Source of the DNA: Vicinamibacteria bacterium
GTDB lineage: Bacteria > Acidobacteriota > Vicinamibacteria > Vicinamibacterales > UBA8438
Assembly (NCBI GenBank): GCA_022821235.1
Contig: JAJEEA010000236.1
Coordinates: forward strand, 1 to 57,580
Reading direction: 5' to 3'
DNA length: 57,580 nt
Part shown: piece by piece, positions 28,804 through 37,286 of the stretch
Layout of the letters: every line of letters starts with the position of its first letter
Position numbering within the stretch: position 1 is the stretch's first letter
The notes under the pieces: generated by a model
The model's database searches: none
Seen by the model: only the letters and a program-made list of their open reading frames with translations
Told to the model about the DNA's origin: nothing
Program-made: the position numbers and the translations under genes

Positions 28804-28979
28804 CCCTCCTCCCGGCCGGGGGCGTGACCTCCGGCGAACCGGCCCGATCGTCGTCGAACCGTCCACTTTCCGCTCCCGGTCACATACACTGTAAGCCATC
28901 GGCGTGAACCCGGTTGAGCGAGGGGCCATGGTGAAAGTCGACGCGGGGCTTCACCGGCGGGCTCCGCAAGGAGGTTGAC

Positions 28980-31142
28980 ATGTGCGTGACATCGCGGCTC
29001 GGTCTCCCGGGAGCCCTGCTCCTGGCTGGTGGCGTGCTCGTGCTGACCGGCGCCGGCGCGGCAGCGTCCGACGAGGACATCAGCGGCGTCGTGCGGAGCG
29101 CCGCCGGCGGCGAGGCCGGGGTCTGGGTGATCGCCGAGACCGGCGACCTCGAGACCACCTATCGCAAGATCGTCGTCACCGGCGACGACGGGCGGTTCCT
29201 CGTACCGGACCTGCCGGACGCCGGCTACGAGCTGTGGGTGCGGGGCTACGGCCTCGTCGACTCGGAGAAGCACGCGGCGCGACCCGGCGACGAGGTGACC
29301 CTGACGGTGACCGCGGCGGCGACGCCGCAGGAGGCCGCCCGCATCTACCCCGCCAACTACTGGTACTCGCTGCTCGAGGTGCCCGCCGCCAGCGAGTTCC
29401 CCGGCACCGGCCCCGACGGCAACGGCATCGGCCGCGCCATGCGGCACCAGGCCGAGTGGGTCGACCGGCTGAAGGACGGCTGCCAGCTCTGCCACCAGAT
29501 GGGCAACGTGGCCACCCGCGAGATGCCCGTGCTCGACCTCGACGACTTCGACTCGACCCTCGACGCGTGGGACCACCGGGTGCAGGTCGGCCGCAGCGGC
29601 CCGAGCATGAACGCGGGGCTGAACCGCATGGGCCGCGAGCGCGCCCTCGGCCTCTTCGCCGACTGGACCGACCGCATCGCGGCCGGCGAGGTGCCGCCGG
29701 CACCCCCGCGCCCGCAGGGCCGGGAGCGCAACCTGGTGCTGACGATGTGGGGCTGGGGCGACCCCATCGCGATGGTCCACGACGAGATCGCCACCGACAA
29801 GCGCAACCCCCACCTGTACGCCAACGGCCCCGTGTACGGCGTCGGGGGAGCCGGGCTCGTCATCACCGACCCGGTGACCCACCGCTCGGAGCGGCTGGAC
29901 ATGACCACCCGCGTGCCCATGGAGCAGCGCGGCGACTCCTACGCCGGCACCAGGGCCCGCATACCGTCGCCGTACTGGGGCGACGAACGCTCGACGGCGC
30001 GGGGCTACAGCGCCCACAACCCGATGCTCGACGACAAGGGCCGGCTCTGGATCACCCAGCTCATCCGCCCGTCGGACAACCCCGACTGGTGCAAGGCGGG
30101 CTCCGACCATCCGTCGGCGCGGCACTTCCCCATCGACCGCAGCCAGCGGCAGCTCTCGTACTACGACGTCGAGAGCGGCGAGTTCGTGCACGTCGACACC
30201 TGCTACATGACCCACCACCTGCAGTTCGCCGAGGACGACGACGACACCCTCTGGCTGAGCGGGTCGACCGACGTCGTCGGCTGGCTCAACACCCGGCTCT
30301 ACGACGAGACCGGCGACGAGCAGGCGGCCCAAGGCTGGTGCCCGACCATCGTCGACACCAGCGGCGACGGCGTCATCGGCGCCTACACCGAGCCCGGCGA
30401 GCCGCTCGACCCCGCGAAGGACATGCGCATCGACGGGTTCGCCTACGGCATCATCCCCAACCCCGTCGACGGCTCGATCTGGATCGCGCGGCGCCTGCCC
30501 GTGCCGGGCAACATCGTGCGGCTCGAGCTCGGCGACAACCCGCCCGAGACGTGCATCGCCGAGGTCTACGAGCCGCCGTTCGAGAACCCCGACGTCGACC
30601 CCAGCCAGTGGGGCCACGGCGGCCGCGGCATCGACGTCGACCGCAACGGCGTCCTCTGGACCGCGCTCGGCGGCAGCGGGCACCTCGCCAGCTTCGACCG
30701 CAGCAAGTGCAGCGTGCTGAACGGCCCCACCGCCACCGGGCAGCACTGCCCCGAGGGGTGGACGCTGTACGCGACCCCCGGCCCGCAGATGAAGGGGGTC
30801 GAGGCGGCGGGCAGCGCCGATTTCCACTACTACAACTGGGTCGACCAGTTCGACACGCTGGGGCTGGGCGCGAACGTGCCCATCGCGAACGGCACCAGCT
30901 CGGACGCCCTGCTCGCGCTGCTGCCCGACACCGGCGAGTGGGTCACCCTGCGCGTGCCCTATCCCCTCGGCTTCTACACGCGGGGGCTCGACGGCCGCAT
31001 CGACGACGCCGACGCGGGCTGGAAGGGCCGCGGCGTCTGGGCCAGCTACGACTCGGTGACGAACTGGCACAACGAGGGCGGCAAGGGGATGACGAGCGAG
31101 ATCGTGCGCTTCCAGGTGCGCCCGCACCCGCTGGCGGAATAG
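28980..31142 (+). CDS. Secreted protein with carboxypeptidase-regulatory-like N-domain, one CxxCH motif and propeller-like C-terminus
   Basis: AAGGAGG RBS; signal peptide; ISGVVR..GEAGVWVIAET..VVTGDDGRF; GCQLCHQ; RVPYPLGFYTRGLDGRIDD. Confidence 0.85.
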   Translation: MCVTSRLGLPGALLLAGGVLVLTGAGAAASDEDISGVVRSAAGGEAGVWVIAETGDLETTYRKIVVTGDDGRFLVPDLPDAGYELWVRGYGLVDSEKHAARPGDEVTLTVTAAATPQEAARIYPANYWYSLLEVPAASEFPGTGPDGNGIGRAMRHQAEWVDRLKDGCQLCHQMGNVATREMPVLDLDDFDSTLDAWDHRVQVGRSGPSMNAGLNRMGRERALGLFADWTDRIAAGEVPPAPPRPQGRERNLVLTMWGWGDPIAMVHDEIATDKRNPHLYANGPVYGVGGAGLVITDPVTHRSERLDMTTRVPMEQRGDSYAGTRARIPSPYWGDERSTARGYSAHNPMLDDKGRLWITQLIRPSDNPDWCKAGSDHPSARHFPIDRSQRQLSYYDVESGEFVHVDTCYMTHHLQFAEDDDDTLWLSGSTDVVGWLNTRLYDETGDEQAAQGWCPTIVDTSGDGVIGAYTEPGEPLDPAKDMRIDGFAYGIIPNPVDGSIWIARRLPVPGNIVRLELGDNPPETCIAEVYEPPFENPDVDPSQWGHGGRGIDVDRNGVLWTALGGSGHLASFDRSKCSVLNGPTATGQHCPEGWTLYATPGPQMKGVEAAGSADFHYYNWVDQFDTLGLGANVPIANGTSSDALLALLPDTGEWVTLRVPYPLGFYTRGLDGRIDDADAGWKGRGVWASYDSVTNWHNEGGKGMTSEIVRFQVRPHPLAE

Positions 31143-31337
31143 GACCGCGGCACGAACGTGGCGATGCCGCACCGCCGCGCCGCGCGGCATCGCTCGCCTC
31201 GGTAGGACGGGACGCGGCGCGTCCAGCGGAGTCGCACGCGGGGAGGATGTCGTTCACGCGGGAGGGCGGAGCGCCGTCACCGCCCGGGGCGCTCCAACCC
31301 GCGCCCGAAGGATCCGTCTGTTTCGAGGAGAGCAACC

Positions 31338-32441
31338 ATGCCCACGTGCCCGCACCGGTCAATGTCCATGACACGCCGTGGTGCCCTGCGCCGGCTCGGC
31401 GCCGCCGGCATCGGAATCGTCGCCGCGCCGGGCCTGGCGGCCGGGCTGCCGGCGGCGGCGCGACGCCAGGCCGGCGGCGTGACGTTCCCCGAGGGCGCGA
31501 TCATCCGCACCGTCCTCCGCGACATCTCGCCCGACGAGCTCGCGGGGGGGTCGACGCTGTTCCACGAGCACCTGTCCATCAACGATCCGCGTCCGCCCTG
31601 GCTCCCGGCCCTCGAGAACCCGCAGCCGCCGTTCACGGCCGACCTCGACCTGATGGCCGACGAGGTGAACGCGACCGCCCAGGAGGGGGTGGCGTGCATC
31701 GTCAACGGCGGCACCCGCGACCTCGGCCAGAACTTCGACCGGCTGGTCGAGCTGGCCCGGCGCGTCGACCTGCACATCGTCATGGCCGGCGGGTTGTGGA
31801 CACAGGCGCGCTACCCGCCCGAGATCGCGCAACAGACCGAGGAGGAGGTCGCCGCCGACTTCCAGCGCGACGCCGCGGCCGAGCGTTGGGGGGCCCTCGG
31901 CGAGATCGGCTCGTCGATGACCATGCACCCCGACGAGCGCAAGGTGCTGCGGGCGAGCTGCCTCGTCCACCTGCGCACGGGGCTGCCGCTCTTCACGCAC
32001 ACCCCGCACGCGGGATGCCCCTCGTGCGCGCGCGAGCAGCTCGACATCATCGAGGACATGGGCGTCGACCCGCGGCTCGTGTGCATCGGGCACCTCGCCG
32101 ACATCGTCGACGACCCGCAGGCCGTGCTGCACCGCGAGCTGGCGAGCCGCGGCGCGTTCCTCGGCTTCGACACCGTCGGCCACCAGATCACGCAGGGCGA
32201 CGCCGAGAAGGTGCGGATGATCGTGTCGTGCATCGACGCCGGCTACGAGGACCACGTGCTGCTGTCGGCCGACTTCGCGCGCGAGGCCGAGCTGAAGGCG
32301 AAGGGTGGCGCCGGCTACTCGTCGGTGACGGCCATCTTCCTGCCGAAGCTGCGCTACGCGGGCGTACCCGAGGAGACCATCCGCAAGATCATGGTCGACA
32401 ACCCCCGGCGGTTCCTCGCGTTCGTGCCGAAGAACGCATAG
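31338..32441 (+). CDS. Phosphotriesterase-related amidohydrolase, Tat-exported
   Basis: TRRGALRRL Tat motif; TLFHEHL, GEIG, FTHT, IGHL, LSAD, NPRRFL. Confidence 0.88.
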   Translation: MPTCPHRSMSMTRRGALRRLGAAGIGIVAAPGLAAGLPAAARRQAGGVTFPEGAIIRTVLRDISPDELAGGSTLFHEHLSINDPRPPWLPALENPQPPFTADLDLMADEVNATAQEGVACIVNGGTRDLGQNFDRLVELARRVDLHIVMAGGLWTQARYPPEIAQQTEEEVAADFQRDAAAERWGALGEIGSSMTMHPDERKVLRASCLVHLRTGLPLFTHTPHAGCPSCAREQLDIIEDMGVDPRLVCIGHLADIVDDPQAVLHRELASRGAFLGFDTVGHQITQGDAEKVRMIVSCIDAGYEDHVLLSADFAREAELKAKGGAGYSSVTAIFLPKLRYAGVPEETIRKIMVDNPRRFLAFVPKNA

Positions 32442-32452
32442 TGGAGAAGACC

Positions 32453-34264
32453 ATGCCGAACCGAAATGCCACGCTCGCGGTCCTGCTCGCAGCCTTCGCG
32501 GCCCTGACCCTCCCGCCCCTCGCGGGCGCGCAGCAGGGCACGACCGTCACCCGCGAGGCGCGGCCGTTCACGCCGGTCACCGACGAGATGCTGCGGAGCC
32601 CCGACCCCGGCGACTGGCTGATGACCCACCGGACCTACGACTTCCAGGCCTACAGCCCGCTCGACCAGATAAACCGCGACAACGTCGACCAGCTTCAGGT
32701 GGCGTGGATGCGGGCGATGGACGAGGGGCCGCAGCAGACGCAACCGCTCGTCTACGACGGCGTGATGTACCTCGCCCACAACGACGACCACATCCAGGCC
32801 CTCGACGCCACCACCGGCGACATGCTCTGGGACTACCGCCGCGAGACGCCGGCCGACCTGCGCCAGTACGTCACCCTCGGCAACCGCACCCGGAACCTCG
32901 CCATCTACGGCAACCACATCTACCACCTGACCGCCGACGCGCACCTCCTCGCCCTCGACGCGAGCACCGGCGAGGTCGCCTTCGACACCGAGATGGCCGA
33001 CTACCGCGACGGCATCACCCACTCGACCGGCGCGATGATCATCGACGGCCGGGTCCTCGCCGGCCGCACCTGCAGCCCCCGCAGCCGCGAGGCGCGCTGC
33101 TTCCTCTCCGCCCACGACTCCAACGACGGCAGCGAGCTGTGGCGCGTCTACACCGCGGCCGGCTCGGACGACCCCGGCGGCGAGAGCTGGGGCGACCTGC
33201 CCGTGTCCGAGCGCGTCCACGTGTCGCCGTGGGGCGCCCCCGGCAGCTACGACCCCGAGCTCGGGCTCATCTACTGGGGCATCGCCGTCCCCCTGCCCTA
33301 CCCGCGCATCGTGCGCCGCGGCACGTGGGACGTGGGCGACAGCACCCCGTGCGAGCTGTACTCCAACTCGACGGTGGCCCTCTCCGTCGGCGACGGCGCC
33401 ATGGAGTGGTACTACCAGCACCTGCCCTGCGACGACTGGGACCAGGACTTCGTGCAGGAGCGCACCCTCATCGACACCGTCATCGACCCCGACCCCGAGG
33501 CGGCGATGTGGGTCAACCCCAACCTCGCGGGCACCGCCGAGGAGCGCCAGGTCGTGGTCACCATGGGCGAGCCGGGCGGCCTCTTCGTCCTCGACCGCGC
33601 CACCGGCGAGTTCCTGTGGGGGCACCCCGTGCCCTACGACAGCACCGAGCGCTTCGTCATCAGCGACATCGACCCCGCGACCGGCCAGGTCTTCATCAAC
33701 ATGGACCTCGTGGCCCGCGAGCTCGGCCAGCAGTTCATCATCTGCGGCCACAACGTCAAGGGCTGGTGGTCGTGGTCGTACAGCCCCCTGACCGGGATGC
33801 TCTACGTCCCCATCAACCGCTCGTGCCTGAACCAGACCACCAACGAGCGCTCCGTTTCGGGCACCAGCCCCCGCTTCACCCAGCCCGAGCCCGGCTTCGA
33901 GGTCGACGGCCACCTCACCGAGGTGCGCGCCATCGACATCTCCACCGGCCGCGAGGCGTGGCGCTACACCCAGCGCGCCCCCAACGCCGGCTCCACCCTC
34001 GCCACCGCCGGCAACGTCGTCTTCCACGGCGACCTCAACCGCCGCTACCGCGCCTTCGACGCCGAGACCGGCGACGTCCTGTGGGAGACCATCCTCGGCA
34101 GCCAGATCACCGGCTTCCCCGTCACCTACACCGCGGGCGGCCGGCAGTACCTGACGGTGCCGGTGGGCGGCGCGTCGATCTTCCAGTTGAGCAACTACGC
34201 CTCCGAGCTCGAGGCGCCCATGGGCAGCAACATGATCGTCACCTTCGCGCTGCCGGAGGAGTGA
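32453..34264 (+). CDS. PQQ-dependent dehydrogenase-family beta-propeller protein
   Basis: ATG 32453 with GGAG RBS; YSPLDQINRDNV, PLVYDGVMY, WYYQHLPCDDWDQD, GGRQY...FALP. Confidence 0.9.
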   Translation: MPNRNATLAVLLAAFAALTLPPLAGAQQGTTVTREARPFTPVTDEMLRSPDPGDWLMTHRTYDFQAYSPLDQINRDNVDQLQVAWMRAMDEGPQQTQPLVYDGVMYLAHNDDHIQALDATTGDMLWDYRRETPADLRQYVTLGNRTRNLAIYGNHIYHLTADAHLLALDASTGEVAFDTEMADYRDGITHSTGAMIIDGRVLAGRTCSPRSREARCFLSAHDSNDGSELWRVYTAAGSDDPGGESWGDLPVSERVHVSPWGAPGSYDPELGLIYWGIAVPLPYPRIVRRGTWDVGDSTPCELYSNSTVALSVGDGAMEWYYQHLPCDDWDQDFVQERTLIDTVIDPDPEAAMWVNPNLAGTAEERQVVVTMGEPGGLFVLDRATGEFLWGHPVPYDSTERFVISDIDPATGQVFINMDLVARELGQQFIICGHNVKGWWSWSYSPLTGMLYVPINRSCLNQTTNERSVSGTSPRFTQPEPGFEVDGHLTEVRAIDISTGREAWRYTQRAPNAGSTLATAGNVVFHGDLNRRYRAFDAETGDVLWETILGSQITGFPVTYTAGGRQYLTVPVGGASIFQLSNYASELEAPMGSNMIVTFALPEE

Positions 34265-34340
34265 ATGCCGCGGCCGCGGGCTGACAGGCACCGCCGAGTC
34301 TCTGCCAGTCCGCGGCGGCCGACCGCCGAGACGATACGCC

Positions 34341-34544
34341 ATGCCCCAAGAGCCGCCGAACAATCGCCGCATCGACTGGACGGGTGTTCAGCCCGACGAC
34401 TCACCCATCGAGCCTCTCGATGGCCGAACCTTCCTGCTCCGCCTGCGGCGGCTCGAAGCGCACGCGCGCGACCTGACGATCCTGCGCCGGGCCCTCATGC
34501 AACGCCAAGCTCATGACCGACGGGTTTCTCCAGATTCTGAATGA
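34341..34544 (+). CDS. Small hypothetical protein overlapping the nucleotidyltransferase gene
   Basis: 67 aa ORF in a TA-like two-gene arrangement; no recognisable motif. Confidence 0.5.
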   Translation: MPQEPPNNRRIDWTGVQPDDSPIEPLDGRTFLLRLRRLEAHARDLTILRRALMQRQAHDRRVSPDSE

Positions 34545-35000
34545 GCTCCACGACCACGGCGTCGATTTCGTGATCGTCGGCGGCGTCGCCGTCGGGCTCC
34601 ACGGCGGCTCGCGCGTCACCTTCGATCTCCACATCGTTCCCAGCCTGGCACCCGATTCGTGGCGGGCCGCCGTCGACCTGCTCTGGTCTCTCGGGGCGCG
34701 TCCACGGATTCCCGAATCGCTCGACCGGATTCGCGACGTGGAGCAGGTCCGCCGATGGCGGTCCGAGAAGAACATGCTGGCCCTGAACTTCCGCACACCG
34801 GACGGCGCCACCGAGGTCGACCCTGCTGGTCGCCGAGAGCGACGGCTTCCAGCCACTCCGCCGCCGCGCGGTCGACGTCGCCGTGGATGAGCGCACGTTT
34901 TCGGTGGCGTCGATCGACGACCTGATCGAGATGAAGCAGCGTAGCGGCAGACCGCAGGACCGGCTGGACATCACGGACTTGCGAAACATCCAGACGCGCC
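34513..35000 (+). pseudogene. Nucleotidyltransferase (DUF6036-like), frameshifted
   Basis: FVIVGGVAVGLHGGSRVTFDLHI; an extra C in the CCC at 34821-34823 shifts the frame, which resumes LLVAESDGF...VASIDDLIEMKQRSGRPQDRLDI. Confidence 0.75.
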
Positions 35001-35035
35001 TTGACCGCCCCGTCACGACCTCGACACCAGCGGCC

Positions 35036-35926
35036 GTGAATCAACGCAGCCGTCGCTCAAGTCGACCAAGCGCCACCCGAGACGAGCTGCCGAAGATCGA
35101 AGGCAGCGTCCTTGGAATCGACATCGGCTGGTCCCAAACGTCTCGCACGAGCGCTGTCTGCCGCCTGTCCTGGGATGACCGTCACGTCCTGTGGAAGACC
35201 GACCGATTCCGTGCCACGACCCCCGAACGGCACACAATCAGCCGCGTGGCAGGCGAGAACGCCCTTCGCGCGGTCGCGATCGACGGTCCTCTTCGCCAGA
35301 GTTTCGACTCGATTGGTCGCTATCGCAGCGCCGAGCGCCTGCTCAGCCGTGGAGTCCTTCGGAAGCGCATTGGCAAGCCCGGTCAGTCCAGCTCTCCCAA
35401 CGGGCGGAAACTGAACACGGAGGCGAACAAGACCGCCGAGTTCGTGAGACGCCGTTGCCGCGTAAGCAGGGCGCGGCATGCGGTACGGATCGACGAGTTC
35501 GCCATCGTAGAGGCCTTTCCGACGACGTTCCTCGGGGCCATGATCCAAGATCCGCCGCCCCCGCACCGCGGCGAGAGGTCGGACGCGTACTTCGTGCACT
35601 TGGCCGAGCGTCGGTCCTTCGATCAGCTTGCGCAGAGATTGCTCAGCGGCCGGACCTGGATCCGCGACCCAGGTGACCTCCGCAACCACGACGACAGAGC
35701 AGCCTTCGTCTGCGCCCTCACGGCGCTCTCGGTCGCAGCGGGCGAGTTCACGGCCGTTGGCGACGACCGCGACGGCTGGATCATCCTGCCACCGCAATGG
35801 GCGTTCGCTGACTGGGCGTGGACCGCGGCCAATGAGACGGCGCGCCACGAACAACGCGAACAACGGTCGGAGTCCCGGGGGAGACTGCTGTCGTTTCCCG
35901 AGAATCAGCCACCGTCCGTTCTCTGA
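35036..35926 (+). CDS. DUF429-family RNase H-like predicted nuclease (start uncertain)
   Basis: VLGIDIGWS, VAIDGPL, YRSAERLL, IVEAFP, HDDRAAFVCALTA, GWIILP; in frame with the upstream NTase C-terminus with no stop between them. Confidence 0.75.
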   Translation: MNQRSRRSSRPSATRDELPKIEGSVLGIDIGWSQTSRTSAVCRLSWDDRHVLWKTDRFRATTPERHTISRVAGENALRAVAIDGPLRQSFDSIGRYRSAERLLSRGVLRKRIGKPGQSSSPNGRKLNTEANKTAEFVRRRCRVSRARHAVRIDEFAIVEAFPTTFLGAMIQDPPPPHRGERSDAYFVHLAERRSFDQLAQRLLSGRTWIRDPGDLRNHDDRAAFVCALTALSVAAGEFTAVGDDRDGWIILPPQWAFADWAWTAANETARHEQREQRSESRGRLLSFPENQPPSVL

Positions 35927-36035
35927 TTCCCCACGAGCCCGAGCCGGCGGACCCTCCTGAGTGGACGGCCAACGAATCCGCGTGTGCAGGGTCCACCCAG
36001 AGGGCACCCTTCAACCGGGAGGCGCATCCTTGCAC

Positions 36036-37286
36036 TCAGAACAGATCGCTGAGCTCGTTCTCGCCCCCAGAGCCATCGACCCTCGGTTCAGCCGCACGGG
36101 CCGATGAGTCGTCCACGCCCCGCTGTATGGTCATCTGTTTCCGGCGCTCCAGATCGCGGAACCGATCCATGAACAGGGCGTCTTCCCCGTCGGTGGTACT
36201 GACGTACAGCCACCGCGTCGCTCGCGTGATGCCGACGAACAGCCAGCGTTCGAGCCGGTCGGAATCGGTCTTCCCCAGCAACTTGCGATTCAAGCGCGGC
36301 ATCAGAACCGTGTCGAAAGTCAAGCCCTTGGAGCTCGGGTATGGCATGAGCTTGGGCAAGGGTGTGCCAAAGTCGACGGGCGGGACCGGGTCGTCCTTCC
36401 TGCGCGCCGACTCGTTGATCTCCACCTCGAGCCCGGCTTCGCTCAGCGCGCGAGCGTAGCTGCGGGTGCGGTACTTGTCCGGAAACAGGATGGCGATGCG
36501 TTCGTTCCGATCGATCCGGGTGCGGACCACTTCAATCAAGTGCGAGCGTTCGTCCTCGGCGTCCCTCGCGAGGTACAGCAGGGGCAACTGACGCTCACCC
36601 CTTTCGACCGGCGGATTCTGCTCGATGAATCGCCTCCGTTCCACGTCGTCGCGGACGAACGAAGCGCCTGCCTGCACGATGTACGGCGAGCAACGGTACG
36701 CGTCGAGCAGCGCGAGGTTGCGCCGACGCAGCCCGAGCGCCCTCGCGACGCCCGTCTCGTCGGCGTCCCGGTCGTAGAGCTTCTGCTTCGGGTCCATGAA
36801 GACCGTCACGTGCTGCGCAACGGCCGCCAGCGTCTCGAAGTCGCGTCGGTCCAGATCCTGGCCCTCGTCAACCATCACGAAGTCGAACAGACGCTCGGAG
36901 GTCTTCAAGTGGCGCGTCTTCTCCCACACCGCCTGTCGGATCGCCTCCCAGTCACGGCTGCGGCCACTCCAGGGCATTCGCTTGTCGACCTGATCCCTGT
37001 AGTACTCGCCGCACCAGGCGTCGAAGGTCACTACGCAGTCCTCCGGAAGTGCAAGGTCGCGTAGCGCTGCCCGGATGTAGGCCTTGAGCGCGTTCGTGTA
37101 GACGAACAGGCGGCAACGGTCCGGCGGAATCCCGTACTGGTCGAGCAGATGGCGCGCCCGATGCAGCAGAACGATGGTCTTGCCGGAGCCGGGAGAGCCC
37201 AGCACCAACCGATGCTGCTTTGGATTCGCTTCGACCGCCCGGCTCTGTGCAACGGTCAGTTCACTGCGGGGAACGAGCCAACTCAC
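36036..37286 (-). CDS. Short superfamily 1 (UvrD-like) helicase/ATPase
   Basis: GSPGSGKT, VDEGQD, DPKQKLY, YRCS, SSKGLTFD, LFVGITRA; GTGA overlap with the Hsp70 stop. Confidence 0.9.
   Translation of the reverse strand: MSWLVPRSELTVAQSRAVEANPKQHRLVLGSPGSGKTIVLLHRARHLLDQYGIPPDRCRLFVYTNALKAYIRAALRDLALPEDCVVTFDAWCGEYYRDQVDKRMPWSGRSRDWEAIRQAVWEKTRHLKTSERLFDFVMVDEGQDLDRRDFETLAAVAQHVTVFMDPKQKLYDRDADETGVARALGLRRRNLALLDAYRCSPYIVQAGASFVRDDVERRRFIEQNPPVERGERQLPLLYLARDAEDERSHLIEVVRTRIDRNERIAILFPDKYRTRSYARALSEAGLEVEINESARRKDDPVPPVDFGTPLPKLMPYPSSKGLTFDTVLMPRLNRKLLGKTDSDRLERWLFVGITRATRWLYVSTTDGEDALFMDRFRDLERRKQMTIQRGVDDSSARAAEPRVDGSGGENELSDLF

Noticed and set aside
26664-31190. 1508-aa minus-strand ORF in the track
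   Set aside because: The real gene starts at 28415; the extension is antisense to 28980-31142, a high-GC artefact.
28982-34264. 1760-aa ORF in the track
   Set aside because: Only 32453-34264 is protein-like; the rest is an Arg/Pro-rich off-frame shadow of two real genes.
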